Below the pieces are notes generated by a model. That model was given only the letters and a program-made list of their open reading frames with translations. It was not told the DNA's origin and ran no database searches. Positions 48,943-58,888 of a DNA stretch of 64,000 nucleotides are shown in pieces (position 1 is the first letter of the stretch; each line of letters opens with the position of its first letter). Location of the stretch: the NCBI GenBank assembly GCA_963843575.1, contig CAWJKZ010000014.1, positions 832,001 to 896,000 of the forward strand. Direction: 5' to 3'. Position numbers and translations under genes: made by a program. Source of the DNA: an uncultured Acidobacteriota bacterium (GTDB taxonomy: Bacteria > Acidobacteriota > UBA6911).

Positions 48943-50004
48943 ATGCGAAGGGAAACAGCAATTGCAGGCTCCCTGATTTTGTTTGCCGCACTCACGTCCG
49001 CATGCAGCAAGCCGCCCGAGCATCCGGCGGGACCCGCAGCGATCGATAAAGCCAAGCTCGAATTGTTCGCGCCGCTGCCGAACGTGGTAGCGTCGGACGC
49101 AAATCCCATCACCGAGGAAAAGATCGCCCTCGGCCGAATGCTCTTCTACGAACCGAGGCTCTCGAAGAACCAGACGATCGCGTGCAACACCTGCCACAAG
49201 CTCGACAAGTACGGCGTCGACGGGGAGGTGACCTCGGACGGGCACAAGGGGCAGAAGGGGACGCGCAACTCGCCGACGGTCTACAACGCTGCCGGCCACG
49301 TGGCCCAGTTCTGGGACGGCCGGGCGGCCACGGTTGAGGAGCAGTCCAAAGGGCCGGTGATGAACCCTGTCGAAATGGCGATGGGATCAGAGAAGGACGT
49401 CATGGCCGTCCTCAAGTCCATGCCGGAATACGTGGACGCTTTCAAACGGGCCTTCCCGGACGAGAAGGAAGCCATCACCTACGACAACATGGCAAAGGCG
49501 ATCGGGGCATTCGAACGCAAGCTCGTGACCCATTCGAGATGGGATAAGTTCGTTGCGGGCGACGACAGCGCGCTCACTCCCGACGAGAAGGCCGGGTTCT
49601 CGGCCTATGTCGATGCCGGGTGCCCGACCTGCCACATCGGGCCCTATGTCGGAGGCAACCTTTACCAGCGCCTGGGCGTTGCGCGCCCCTGGCCGGACGC
49701 CACCGATCCCGGCCGGGAGAAGGTCACCAAGAGCAGTGCGGACCACATGGTCTTCAAGGTCCCTTCGCTGCGGAACATCGACAAGACCGGCCCGTATTTC
49801 CACGACGGCAAGATCGCCAGTCTGGACGACGCCGTTTCCAAGATGGGCGAATACCAGGTTGGGAAGAAGCTGTCGGACACGCAGGTAAAATCGATCGTGA
49901 CGTGGCTCAAGACCCTGACCGGCGACCTGCCGACCGACTATATCAAGGAGCCGGTCCTGCCCAAGAGCACGCCCAAGACGCCCAAACCGGTCGCGGGCGA
50001 CTAG
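48943..50004 (+). CDS. Di-heme cytochrome c peroxidase (lipoprotein)
   Basis: LTSAC lipobox, LGRMLFYEPRLS, CNTCH, RNSPTV.NA, QFWDGRA, NPVEM, CPTCH, FKVPSLRNI..TGPYFHDG. Confidence 0.93.
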   Translation: MRRETAIAGSLILFAALTSACSKPPEHPAGPAAIDKAKLELFAPLPNVVASDANPITEEKIALGRMLFYEPRLSKNQTIACNTCHKLDKYGVDGEVTSDGHKGQKGTRNSPTVYNAAGHVAQFWDGRAATVEEQSKGPVMNPVEMAMGSEKDVMAVLKSMPEYVDAFKRAFPDEKEAITYDNMAKAIGAFERKLVTHSRWDKFVAGDDSALTPDEKAGFSAYVDAGCPTCHIGPYVGGNLYQRLGVARPWPDATDPGREKVTKSSADHMVFKVPSLRNIDKTGPYFHDGKIASLDDAVSKMGEYQVGKKLSDTQVKSIVTWLKTLTGDLPTDYIKEPVLPKSTPKTPKPVAGD

Positions 50005-50087
50005 CCTCACGACAACGGGCCGAGGCGGCGCCGGTCCCCCGCGGCCGGCGCCCTGTGCTCCAAAGCGCTTGTGGGGAGTGGCTGGGC

Positions 50088-50531
50088 ATGCGAAAAGTGA
50101 TCAAATACGGAATTGCCGTTGTCGCCGTGTTGCTCGTGGTCATCCAGTTTTTCCAGCCCGAACGGACCAACCCGCCCGTCAACCCGGCCTCGACCTTCGA
50201 GGCCGTTGCGAAGCCGGGTCCCGGGCTGGCGGGCGTCGTCAACCGTGCCTGCCGCGACTGCCACTCCAACGAAACGACCTGGCCCTGGTACAGCAAGATC
50301 GCACCCGTATCCTGGCTCGTGGCCGACGACGTCAAGGAAGCCCGTGCCCACCTGAATTTTTCCGAGTGGGGATACTACAGCCCGGAGATGTCCAGGCTGA
50401 AGCTGAAGGAGGCCTGCACGGAGGTCAAGGGGGGCGACATGCCCCTGTGGATTTACCGGCTCGTGCACGCCCAGGCCAGGCTCACCGACGCCGACGTGCA
50501 GGCGATCTGCAGCGCCGGCACGGCGCCCTGA
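50088..50531 (+). CDS. Haem-binding domain protein (Haem_bd, mono-heme c)
   Basis: IQFF...TNPP, ACRDCHSNET.WPWYS..APVSWLV..DV.EAR.HLNFSEW, MP...Y...H..A.L. Confidence 0.85.
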   Translation: MRKVIKYGIAVVAVLLVVIQFFQPERTNPPVNPASTFEAVAKPGPGLAGVVNRACRDCHSNETTWPWYSKIAPVSWLVADDVKEARAHLNFSEWGYYSPEMSRLKLKEACTEVKGGDMPLWIYRLVHAQARLTDADVQAICSAGTAP

Positions 50532-50536
50532 CGACT

Positions 50537-52057
50537 TCAGGGTTTCGGATCGAGGCCGCTGGTGACTTCCCGGAAACCGAGTTGGGCGGGGGGAATCAGG
50601 CGCGACGCGGTTCGCACGGCTTCGAGGTTCCAGGTGAGGCGGCTGTTGCCGCCGATCGTCAGCTTCGGGACTCCCCAGGACAAAGGCCCGGCGCCCCCTG
50701 AGACGGAGGCCAGCAGCACGGCACCCGATATCGACAGATCCGCCGCCGCCAGCTCGATCTCCCCGTTCCCCACGACCAGGATGACGCCGCTGAAACTGAA
50801 GCGGCCCGTCACGCGCAACCGACCGGTGACAATCAGCAACCCACCCCCGGAGACGCTGCCCCCCACCGCGAGATCCCCCTCCACCAGGGTCGCCATCGGC
50901 CGCTGGCCGGGTGCGTTAAAGGGCAATGCCGGATCGTAGGCTCCCAGTTCCGGGCTCACGGGACCATCCCAGGTCTGGCTCTCCGGGAACACGTTGTCGG
51001 CGAACTGCGGTGCGATCCGGTCGACGAATTTCCGCAAGTAGTCCCTGTCGAGCAGCAACGCCTTGTCGCTGCCGACGACGGCTGCCCGCGCCGTGATGTC
51101 CCCAATCGACGGGGGTGAGCCCGCCCCGGCAACGTTGCCCGCCCGATCCGCTGGGAGTTGCGCCGCGATCTGCAGCGCCGGCGAGGTGCCGTTGCCCGCA
51201 TCGGTGTCGATCACGGCGATCCCGAACCCGGCCGGATCTCCCTGGATGAAAAACCCCTCCCCCTCGAAAACCGCGCCATCGGCCGGCAGGACCGCGTCTC
51301 CCACCACCACCAGGGGCGCGTCCGGTTCGAAGGTTGAGCGGCGCTTGAACCTGGACTCGAAGACGGCGACGGCATTGCGCCTCAGCACCGCCCCCGTCAT
51401 CTCATGCACCGTGGTCGCGAGCCCCATCGAGCGGACAACCACGACGCCGTCGCCGTCGTGGAACGGGCTGTCCGAGGCGTCTTCCTCCATCTCGGTCGAC
51501 TCGCCGTTGTTGTCGGCCACCTTCACGAAGTAGCGCGCGCAGACGACCTCCCGCCCGCGGTCGTCCGGGCAGGTGCGGGGAACTCCGGTCTGGGGAATCA
51601 GCACGGTGCCGCCGGCGCCGCCGTACGCCCCCGTGTTGATCAGCCCGTCGTCCGGGCGCCCGCTGGCGTCGGCCGACGGATCCACGCAGTCCACGAAACG
51701 CGCGAGGCCCCACTCGAAAGGATTACGAAACTCGAATGTGCGGGCCGAAGCAGCATATTCGGGCGTGGTCGCATACGTTCCGTCCGGCCCCCTCAGCAGA
51801 TCGTCGAAATCGACGCCACGCAGGAGCGCCCGGGCGTGGCCGGCGCCCGAAAGCGCGGCGTAGCGCGCCTGGATCAGGGCCTCGTAGTTGTCGCCTATGC
51901 GCACTTCGGTGACGGCGCCGAGCGAGAAATAGAGCCCGATCAGGGAGAATAGGGCCAACGCGATCAGGGCGGAGACCAGGGCGATTCCCGCATCGCCTGC
52001 CAGCCGTCCGCTTCGGTCAACGCCGCCCCCCTCCCTTCGAATCCCAGCGCCTCTCAT
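50537..52057 (-). CDS. PilX-like type IV pilus minor pilin/assembly protein
   Basis: G-IALVSALIALALFSLIG prepilin-like N terminus followed by E..I..N....QA.YAA.SG (PilX_N pattern); C-terminal G.G.LIV.G.L repeats. Confidence 0.65.
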   Translation of the reverse strand: MRGAGIRREGGGVDRSGRLAGDAGIALVSALIALALFSLIGLYFSLGAVTEVRIGDNYEALIQARYAALSGAGHARALLRGVDFDDLLRGPDGTYATTPEYAASARTFEFRNPFEWGLARFVDCVDPSADASGRPDDGLINTGAYGGAGGTVLIPQTGVPRTCPDDRGREVVCARYFVKVADNNGESTEMEEDASDSPFHDGDGVVVVRSMGLATTVHEMTGAVLRRNAVAVFESRFKRRSTFEPDAPLVVVGDAVLPADGAVFEGEGFFIQGDPAGFGIAVIDTDAGNGTSPALQIAAQLPADRAGNVAGAGSPPSIGDITARAAVVGSDKALLLDRDYLRKFVDRIAPQFADNVFPESQTWDGPVSPELGAYDPALPFNAPGQRPMATLVEGDLAVGGSVSGGGLLIVTGRLRVTGRFSFSGVILVVGNGEIELAAADLSISGAVLLASVSGGAGPLSWGVPKLTIGGNSRLTWNLEAVRTASRLIPPAQLGFREVTSGLDPKP

Positions 52058-52152
52058 GGCAGCCCTCCGGAGCGATCACCGTTCACTTCACTGTTTCGGA
52101 AGCCACCGAAATATCTCGGGAGGTGTGTGGATTTTCCGGCAGATCCCCAAGT

Positions 52153-52177
52153 GGGCCGCGTCGGCTCGACGCGGCCC
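52153..52177. repeat. Perfect 11-bp hairpin, REP-like
   Basis: GGGCCGCGTCG-GCT-CGACGCGGCCC; flanks match 44684-44716 in the opposite orientation. Confidence 0.55.
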
Positions 52178-52287
52178 TGCCGGGGGGGGGCGGTGACCGA
52201 CGGGTTGCCCGGGCGGGAGGATCCGGGGCGGACAGTGTCAACGGGTACGCCGGCGGGAGAAGACCGTACCGGAGGATTGGCCGGGCA

Positions 52288-53283
52288 TCATCGGGGCCGG
52301 GCGGACTCCGCCCACCGCGCGGCAGGCTCCTGCAGGGCCCAGTCCGTGTGCGGTCTGCGGTTGAGCATCAGGAAACCGTGCAGCAATTCCGCGTAGGATC
52401 GGGGACGCATCCCCTTCTTCTGAAAATACGGATCGAGCAGGCGGCGCAACCGGGGCAGGTTGTAGAAAGGCACCCCGGGATAATAGTGATGCTCCAGGTG
52501 GTAGTTGGACCACAGGTAGATGAATCCCCAGACGCGACTCGGCTTCATCAGCGTGCTCCACTGTGCCGGGTCGGCCGGGTTGATGTCGTAGTGCTGCCCC
52601 AGCCGGTTCAAGGCAAAGGCCACGGGGAACACCAGGAATACCGGGACAAGATACACGCGGGCGAGCAAGGCTCCCCCGGCGGCCAGCCACACCGACGCGA
52701 CCAGGACCACGTGGAACAGGATCACGACGGCGCGCTCGACCGCGATCTGCCTGCGAAGCGGGGCCGGGTAGGACGCGGCCGCCCGCGCCGCCGCGCGGAA
52801 GTAAATCGGGAACAGCGCGGGCGTGAAGTAGAGAGCCTTAAACCAGGGCTTGTTCCGCTTCGGCGAGAGGTAGTGGCGTTTGGGATCGTCTTCGGACCCG
52901 AGCTGCGCGTGATGATCCAGGTGCCAGCGCGTGAACTGCGCCGCCGAGATGCCGCTCGGAATCGAGTAGAGCAAGGCGAGTGCCCGGGAGAGCCCGGGGC
53001 GGTTTCTCCGGAAGACCAGGCCGTGAAGCACCTCGTGCAGCAGCACCGTGCAGTTGAAAACGGTCAGCCCGACCACGGCGGCGCAGGGGAGCCAGAGCCA
53101 GGAGTCCCTGAACCAGACCACACCCGCGGTCGCCAGGCCCCCGACGCCAAAGTGTCGTGCCGCGACGAGGAAATGGCGGTCAGGGCGCCGCCGGTGCAAC
53201 TGGCGCAGCGCATCGCGGTCGAACGTCCCCGCGAGCTCCCGCATCAGGGCCCGGGTGTGTGTTGAATAATAGCCGTTTGCCAA
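52288..53283 (-). CDS. Membrane fatty acid desaturase family protein
   Basis: His boxes HEVLH, HLDHH, HLEHH (NYHLEHH.YP.VPFYNLP); TTG start; TGATAGAAT extended -10 at 53318-53326. Confidence 0.9.
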   Translation of the reverse strand: MANGYYSTHTRALMRELAGTFDRDALRQLHRRRPDRHFLVAARHFGVGGLATAGVVWFRDSWLWLPCAAVVGLTVFNCTVLLHEVLHGLVFRRNRPGLSRALALLYSIPSGISAAQFTRWHLDHHAQLGSEDDPKRHYLSPKRNKPWFKALYFTPALFPIYFRAAARAAASYPAPLRRQIAVERAVVILFHVVLVASVWLAAGGALLARVYLVPVFLVFPVAFALNRLGQHYDINPADPAQWSTLMKPSRVWGFIYLWSNYHLEHHYYPGVPFYNLPRLRRLLDPYFQKKGMRPRSYAELLHGFLMLNRRPHTDWALQEPAARWAESARPR

Positions 53284-53342
53284 TCGTGTTCTCTGCCCGA
53301 GAGGGGTATCTCCGGAAATTCTATCACACGCCCGAACGGGGG

Positions 53343-54080
53343 CTAGCGCGCCTGATTGCCGGAGAACACGAGGGTGCCGAAGCTGGCCGGCACGTGGAAG
53401 TCCTCACGCAGGGTGGGCGACCACGCCAGGTCGACAGGCTCGGGGAGCTTTTCCACACGGTAGAGATTCAAGCGCCACTGATCCCCCGCCTTGGGCGGGA
53501 TGTTGGCGGCGGGCACGACGTCTTCGAGGGGCAACGCTATTTCGCAGGTCCATTCCCGGTCCCCCGGCTTGCCGTCGACGCTTCCGTCCACGCGCACCGC
53601 CCACGCGATCTTCTCGCTGTTCCAGCTCTTGTACGGGATGGCCTTGCGCGTATCGAGCAGGTATATGTCGATCAAGGTGCCGAGAGGGTTGACCTCCAGC
53701 TCGATATAACCCGTATTGTTCGCGGCAGGCTTCAGGAAGACTTCGACCACCTCCTCTTCCCACAGGTGCTGGTCGCGCTCTCTCATCGTCGACCAGATGT
53801 TGGTGTCCACGCAGCGGAAACCGAAATAGAGGAAGCGGTCGTCGTAGAGAATCTTCGCCTGGGTCGGAAGGGGCGACGGCCTGCCGTCCAGGTTCCGGAC
53901 GAAGGCGATCGGGGCGACGGCGGCCCAGACGGGCTCGTCCAGCACTCCGTCGACCACGATCGGCACCGCGGTGCGATCCGCGGTGAAAACGGGGAGCTCC
54001 GCGGAAGGACTCGTGCGCCCTCCAAGGCCAACGACCACCGCAAACAGCACGACAGCACAACCCGCCTTCAGAGGGATCAT
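53343..54080 (-). CDS. Carbohydrate-binding family 9-like (DOMON) secreted protein
   Basis: IVVDGVLDEPVW, LYDD..LY, LWEEEVVEVF, YIELEVNP.G, WT.EIA.P, WR.NLYR, WSPT...FH.P..FG.L.F. Confidence 0.85.
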   Translation of the reverse strand: MIPLKAGCAVVLFAVVVGLGGRTSPSAELPVFTADRTAVPIVVDGVLDEPVWAAVAPIAFVRNLDGRPSPLPTQAKILYDDRFLYFGFRCVDTNIWSTMRERDQHLWEEEVVEVFLKPAANNTGYIELEVNPLGTLIDIYLLDTRKAIPYKSWNSEKIAWAVRVDGSVDGKPGDREWTCEIALPLEDVVPAANIPPKAGDQWRLNLYRVEKLPEPVDLAWSPTLREDFHVPASFGTLVFSGNQAR

Positions 54081-54355
54081 GGTCCACCTGCCGGTTTTAA
54101 ATGTCGTCGATATTCCCGCCCACACAAGCGACCGGAGCACACAATACTCTATAGCAGCTTTGGGCCGCCGATCCAATCCTTTGAGCTGATCGGCACGAAA
54201 CGGCAACCTCGGCAATGGTGCTTTTCAACCACAGCGTCACGCACTACAATGTGCCGGGCACGGGCGAACGCCGTCGATCCCGTTGGGTGATGGGGGGTTC
54301 CTCCTGTCCGGCCTCAAGCTCCGGCACTGTTCCAGAACATGGAGATTATGCGGAT

Positions 54356-55738
54356 ATGGCGAAGAATTGTGGAGTAACCAGTACCCTGGGGCGCGCACCC
54401 GGGCGTCGCCTCAGGGTTGGCCGAGCGCCAGGAAATATCCCGGTTGGCGCAGCCGCGCTGGCGCTTGTGGTTCTGGCGCTGAACTCGGCATGCTTCTTCC
54501 GGAAGCACAAGGTGGAAGTGCCCCAGACGCGGTCGCCGATCCGCATCGCCCTGCTCCCCGGGAACGTGCCGGCCGGCAGCGACGAACTGCAATGGCTCGC
54601 GACCGCCACCCCGCTGCTGATGGCCCAGGCCACGGAGGACTCTCCGGACATCGAAGTGGTCCCACTGTGGGAGTCGATGCCGATCACCATTGAAACCGTG
54701 GGCGAATCCCGAACCATCACGGAGGAAAACGCCGCATACGTGGCGAGCCGGCTCAGTGCCCGATGGGCCACGCTCTGCAGCGTCTCGCCGGACAAGGCCG
54801 GAGCCGCGCTGCTGCTCGACTTCATCCCGGCGAAGCCGACCCTCGTCCCATTCAGGTACGAGAAGAAAGTGGCCGTGTCCGGACTGAACAGCTCCTTCCG
54901 GGAAGCGTTCAATCAGTTCCTGCGTTACCTCGTGGCAGAACCCCTCGCGGAGAAGAAGCTCCCCGACCCGGCTTCCCTGCGCCCCGTGGCCGAGGCGTTC
55001 AACCGGGAGTACGGCTGGTCCGTGGCCGCCGAGCCGGGCAAGTCCGAGGCCGTCGTGATCGGCTTCGCACGCTCGAACCAGGCTATCGCAGAGTTGATTT
55101 TCAACCCGAACCTCTACCCCGGCATCGGGGCCAGACCCGCGGCGAAACCCGCTCCCCAGGCCGCCCCGGCCCCGACGAGCGCTCCGCCCGGCCCCGCGGC
55201 AGCCGCGGCTTCCGAACCTCCGCCTCGTGTCTCGGCAGCCCAGGCCTCGTCACCGCCGGCGGCGCAGGCAGCCTCCGCCCCGGAACGCAACCTCGAACAG
55301 GACGAGGACGTCTTCGTGCCCCCACCGAAATCCTTCACCCAGCGGATCTCCTTGACCACTCGACCGGCGCCGGCCCCGCCTCCCTCGCCCAGCCCGCCAG
55401 CTCGGGCCCGCGATTCAGGCCGCAACGAAGGTTCAGGCCCGGTAGCGAACAAGACGTCGCCCCCGCCCCTCCCCGACGGGTTTCAGGTACAGGTGGTGGC
55501 GACCAGGAGCAGGGCCCAAGCTGAGGGCCTGGCGGAGAAACTGAAGAAAACCGGGCTGAGCCCGAGGGTAGAGCCAATCGAGATGCGGGACAAAGGCATG
55601 TGGTTTCGCGTACGTCTGCACGGCTTCAAATCCCGTGGGACAGCGACCGCGGCCGGCGACAAACTCGTCGCCGAGGGCTTGATCGCCCAGTATTGGATTG
55701 CACGCTCCACCACCGCACCGACTACCCCACAGCAGTAA
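54356..55738 (+). CDS. SPOR-domain lipoprotein with Pro/Ala linker
   Basis: LALNSAC lipobox; C-terminal FQVQV.A.....A..L..KL...G....WFRVR...F.SR..A SPOR pattern. Start uncertain. Confidence 0.7.
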   Translation: MAKNCGVTSTLGRAPGRRLRVGRAPGNIPVGAAALALVVLALNSACFFRKHKVEVPQTRSPIRIALLPGNVPAGSDELQWLATATPLLMAQATEDSPDIEVVPLWESMPITIETVGESRTITEENAAYVASRLSARWATLCSVSPDKAGAALLLDFIPAKPTLVPFRYEKKVAVSGLNSSFREAFNQFLRYLVAEPLAEKKLPDPASLRPVAEAFNREYGWSVAAEPGKSEAVVIGFARSNQAIAELIFNPNLYPGIGARPAAKPAPQAAPAPTSAPPGPAAAAASEPPPRVSAAQASSPPAAQAASAPERNLEQDEDVFVPPPKSFTQRISLTTRPAPAPPPSPSPPARARDSGRNEGSGPVANKTSPPPLPDGFQVQVVATRSRAQAEGLAEKLKKTGLSPRVEPIEMRDKGMWFRVRLHGFKSRGTATAAGDKLVAEGLIAQYWIARSTTAPTTPQQ

Positions 55739-55755
55739 CCGCCGGCAGAGCCCGT

Positions 55756-56082
55756 TCAAATCTCGGCCCACTTCCCTTCGCCTTCCCAGACCCTCACCGA
55801 AAACGGAAACACGATACTCCCTTTCAGCCGCCCGTGGATGAGTTCGCAGATGTTCTCAACCGAGGGGTACTCCAGGAAGTCGTTCAGCGACCGGTGATCA
55901 TACGTCCCGAGCGTTTCGCGCAGGACCTTCCGCAACTCCGCGAAATCGACCACCATCCCTCCCTTGTTCTCGCCTTCGATGACCACCTCCACCTTGTATG
56001 TGTGACCGTGAACCGTGCCGCACCTCGCGTGACCGGGCAGGAAGTGCGCGCAATCCATGTACTCCATTATCCCGAGCCTCAT
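55756..56082 (-). CDS. queD: 6-carboxytetrahydropterin synthase
   Basis: DCAHFL...CGTVHGHTYKVEV, GMVVDF, DHRSLND..EYPSVEN, VWEG. Confidence 0.9.
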   Translation of the reverse strand: MRLGIMEYMDCAHFLPGHARCGTVHGHTYKVEVVIEGENKGGMVVDFAELRKVLRETLGTYDHRSLNDFLEYPSVENICELIHGRLKGSIVFPFSVRVWEGEGKWAEI

Positions 56083-56274
56083 CCGCCCTCCCCCGTCGGC
56101 AGCGACTGTCCGGTTTGTGACCTTACGGCAATCGCTGGAAAGAATCAAGATTCGCCCCGGGGCGCAACCGCGGCCCGGCACTCAGAGCAGCCTGAACAGG
56201 CGCATTGCTCCGGGAGCCGGCGGCTTTGCGACGCGGGCGAGATCGCTTGATCACAACCCGGAGGTCCCGAGGTC

Positions 56275-56655
56275 CCTGCGATTCAGACACTGGGGATCCT
56301 GCAAACTTCCTGGAACGCGGATTCTCGCGGATTTGCGTTGTAGCTCGGCTTAGGGCTCGCGCCATTAATGTGAACTCATTCTTGCGCGAATCCTAAGTTT
56401 CGCTTTGTTCCGTGTGCAAAGCTCGACGGGGCGCTCTGGATGTGGTTCTCCGGGGTGGGCTTGCGGCAAACGCTCTCGTGCCAGGCCGGACCCGCGCTCC
56501 GAGCTCCAGTGCGCTTGCCGCAAGCCCACCCCGGAGAACCAACCGGCGCTTTGCGCCGGCCGCCGTGCGGCATCCAGGGCGCCCCGTCGAGCTTTGCCAG
56601 CGTTCGTCCGCGTCCGAGGGATTTTGAGTCGCCTGCGCACTGTCTGAATCGCAGC
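56275..56655. mobile_element. Composite MITE (about 380 bp) with 14-bp terminal inverted repeats and a 9-10 bp flanking direct repeat
   Basis: CTGCGATTCAGACA (56276-56289) / TGTCTGAATCGCAG (56641-56654); CCCGAGGTC(C) at 56266 and 56656. Contains a collapsed copy of the 44727 MITE (56353-56393) and nested long inverted repeats (56416-56597). Confidence 0.78.
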
Positions 56656-56674
56656 CCCGAGGTCCCCCCGATTC

Positions 56675-56704
56675 TTGACAGATCCGGTGGTGCTCTGTTA
56701 CATT
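56675..56704 (+). promoter_or_regulatory. Sigma70 promoter for tRNA-Leu/tig
   Basis: TTGACA-N18-TACATT with TG extended -10. Confidence 0.6.
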
Positions 56705-56818
56705 CGGATTTTGTTTTGCGGACATCGCTCCGAGTATATCCTCGCTCACTCTACTTCCCGCCTAACCCGGTTCAGCTGTCCCGGACTACCCGGAATAGAG
56801 CCCCGAGGTCGGACTGCT

Positions 56819-56903
56819 GCGAAAGTGGCGGAATTGGCAGACGCGCTGGACTTAGGATCCAGTCCCGCAAGGGGTGGGGGTTCAACTCCCCCCTTTCGCA
56901 CCA
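56819..56903 (+). tRNA. tRNA-Leu (anticodon TAG)
   Basis: GCGAAAG/CTTTCGC acceptor stem, D-arm GGCGGAATTGGCAGACGC, CTGGA-CTTAGGA-TCCAG anticodon arm, long variable arm, GGTTCAACTCC T-arm, encoded CCA. Confidence 0.96.
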
Positions 56904-56993
56904 TCGAGCCTCCGCAGGACGCCTGGGAGCGCGACGGCAGACCGCCCGGGAGTCGTAGGACGCGGCGGAAATCCTGAAAGGAACAGGATCACT

Positions 56994-58265
56994 TTGAGCA
57001 TCGAAATAGTAGACGTCAGCCAGTGCAAGCGGAATCTCGTGGTGGAAGTGCCGGCAGAGCAGGTCGACCAGGAAATCGACAAGCTCGCCCACGACTACGC
57101 CCGCAAGGTGAAGGTTCCCGGCTTCAGGCCGGGCAAGGTGCCGCTGAACATCGTCAAGCAGCGCTTCGGTTCCGAGTTGCGGAACGACGCCACCCAGGAC
57201 CTGATCCAGCGCTATTGGAAGAACGCCCTTTCGGAGCACAGCCTCGAACCCCTCGACGAACCCGTCATCGAGGACGTCAAGGGCGAGCCGGGCGAGCCGC
57301 TGCGGTTCACCGTCTCGTTCGAGATCCTTCCCAAGCTGGAGATCAAGGATTACAAGGGTGTCGGCGTCGCATCGCCCGCGGCCGAGGTGTCCGACGCGGA
57401 CGTCGACAAAGCCGTGGAGGAACTCCGGGAGCAGCACGCCGAGTATGTCCCGGTCGAGGACCGTGAGGTGCGCGATCACGACTTCGTCAACCTCCTGGTG
57501 GACGGGGAGTTCGAGGGCGGCGGCAAGCCGATTCACGAGGACGACGTAAGTTGCGTCGTGGGCGACCCCGAAACCAACGAGACCTTCTCCGAGAATCTCC
57601 GGGGGGGACGTACCGGGGAGACGCGGACCTTCGCGGTGAGCTACCCTGCCGACTACCACCGGAAGCGGTTCGCTGGCAAGACGGTCCGGTATGAAATTAA
57701 AATCAAGGAAATAAAGGAGAAACACCGTTCGGAACTGGAGGACTTCGCGAAGGATGTCGGGGCCGCCTCCATCGAAGAACTCAGGACCCGGGTCCGGGAC
57801 GATTTGGTAACGAAGGCCAAGAGAACTGCCGAAATGAACGCCAGGGAAGCGGTGCTGGACGAGGTCGTCAAACGCAACCCGTTGGACGTGCCGGAGTGCC
57901 TCGTGCAGGACCGACTCCAGGAACGCGCCCGGCGCGTGGCTGCGAACCTTGCCCACCAGGGAATCGACATCAATAAGACGTCGTTTGACTGGGGCAAGCT
58001 ATTCGAGCAGGAACGCCCCCGCGCCGAGCAGGCGGTGCGGCGCTCGATCGTGCTTGAGGCCGTCGCCCGGCAGGAGGGCTTGGAAGTGACCGAAGTAGAA
58101 CTCGAAAGCGAGTTCCAGAAACTCGCCGACGCGAGCGGGAAATCGGTTGCGGCGGTTCGGGCGCAATTCGACAAGGACAAGCGAATTCAGGGATTTACGG
58201 AACATCTGAGGAACAATAAGACGCTTGATTTCATATATCGCAATGCTACTATTAGCGGGGGGTGA
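56994..58265 (+). CDS. tig: Trigger factor
   Basis: VPGFRPGKVP ribosome-binding motif, FKBP-like middle domain, C domain; TTG start inferred. Confidence 0.93.
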   Translation: MSIEIVDVSQCKRNLVVEVPAEQVDQEIDKLAHDYARKVKVPGFRPGKVPLNIVKQRFGSELRNDATQDLIQRYWKNALSEHSLEPLDEPVIEDVKGEPGEPLRFTVSFEILPKLEIKDYKGVGVASPAAEVSDADVDKAVEELREQHAEYVPVEDREVRDHDFVNLLVDGEFEGGGKPIHEDDVSCVVGDPETNETFSENLRGGRTGETRTFAVSYPADYHRKRFAGKTVRYEIKIKEIKEKHRSELEDFAKDVGAASIEELRTRVRDDLVTKAKRTAEMNAREAVLDEVVKRNPLDVPECLVQDRLQERARRVAANLAHQGIDINKTSFDWGKLFEQERPRAEQAVRRSIVLEAVARQEGLEVTEVELESEFQKLADASGKSVAAVRAQFDKDKRIQGFTEHLRNNKTLDFIYRNATISGG

Positions 58266-58271
58266 CGAGCT

Positions 58272-58859
58272 TTGGCACTTATACCCATGGTTGTCGAGCA
58301 AACGAATCGCGGCGAACGCGCGTACGACATCTACTCGCGCCTGCTTAAGGACAACATAATATTCCTCGGGACCCCAATCGACGATAACGTGGCGAATGTC
58401 GTAACAGCCCAGCTCCTGTTCCTCGAAGCCGAAGACCCCGACAAGGACATCTCCCTTTACATCAATTCGCCCGGCGGTTCGATCTCGGCCGGCATGGCCA
58501 TCTACGACACCATGCAGTTCATCCGGCCGGACGTCACGACCATCTGTGTAGGTCAGGCCGCCAGCATGGGTGCTCTCCTCCTCGCCGCGGGCGCTCCCGG
58601 CAAACGTTTTGCCCTGCCGAACTCAAGGATCTTGATCCATCAGCCGTCGGTGAGCGGCTTGGCAGGTCAGGCTACCGACATCGACATCCACGCAAGGGAA
58701 ATCCTGAGACTGCGCGAGTCGATGAACCAGATCCTGGCCCGGCACACCAGCCAGTCCGTTGAACGTATCCAGAAGGATGTAGAACGTGACTACATCATGA
58801 CCGCGGATCAGGCCAAGCAGTATGGTATCGTGGATCAGGTCATCTCCAAGAAAGAGTAG
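58272..58859 (+). CDS. clpP: ATP-dependent Clp protease proteolytic subunit
   Basis: [30 protein letters not shown]. Confidence 0.97.
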   Translation: MALIPMVVEQTNRGERAYDIYSRLLKDNIIFLGTPIDDNVANVVTAQLLFLEAEDPDKDISLYINSPGGSISAGMAIYDTMQFIRPDVTTICVGQAASMGALLLAAGAPGKRFALPNSRILIHQPSVSGLAGQATDIDIHAREILRLRESMNQILARHTSQSVERIQKDVERDYIMTADQAKQYGIVDQVISKKE

Positions 58860-58888
58860 TCCGCCTCCCGCGGATTTGGAGGATTCCG

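Noticed and set aside
56083-56265. Possible preQ1 riboswitch upstream of queD
   Set aside because: No recognisable preQ1 stem-loop with an A-rich tail on the minus strand.
56819-56960. tRNA as an integration site for a genomic island
   Set aside because: No integrase or duplicated tRNA 3' end was found; the tRNA is followed directly by tig, as in ordinary core synteny.
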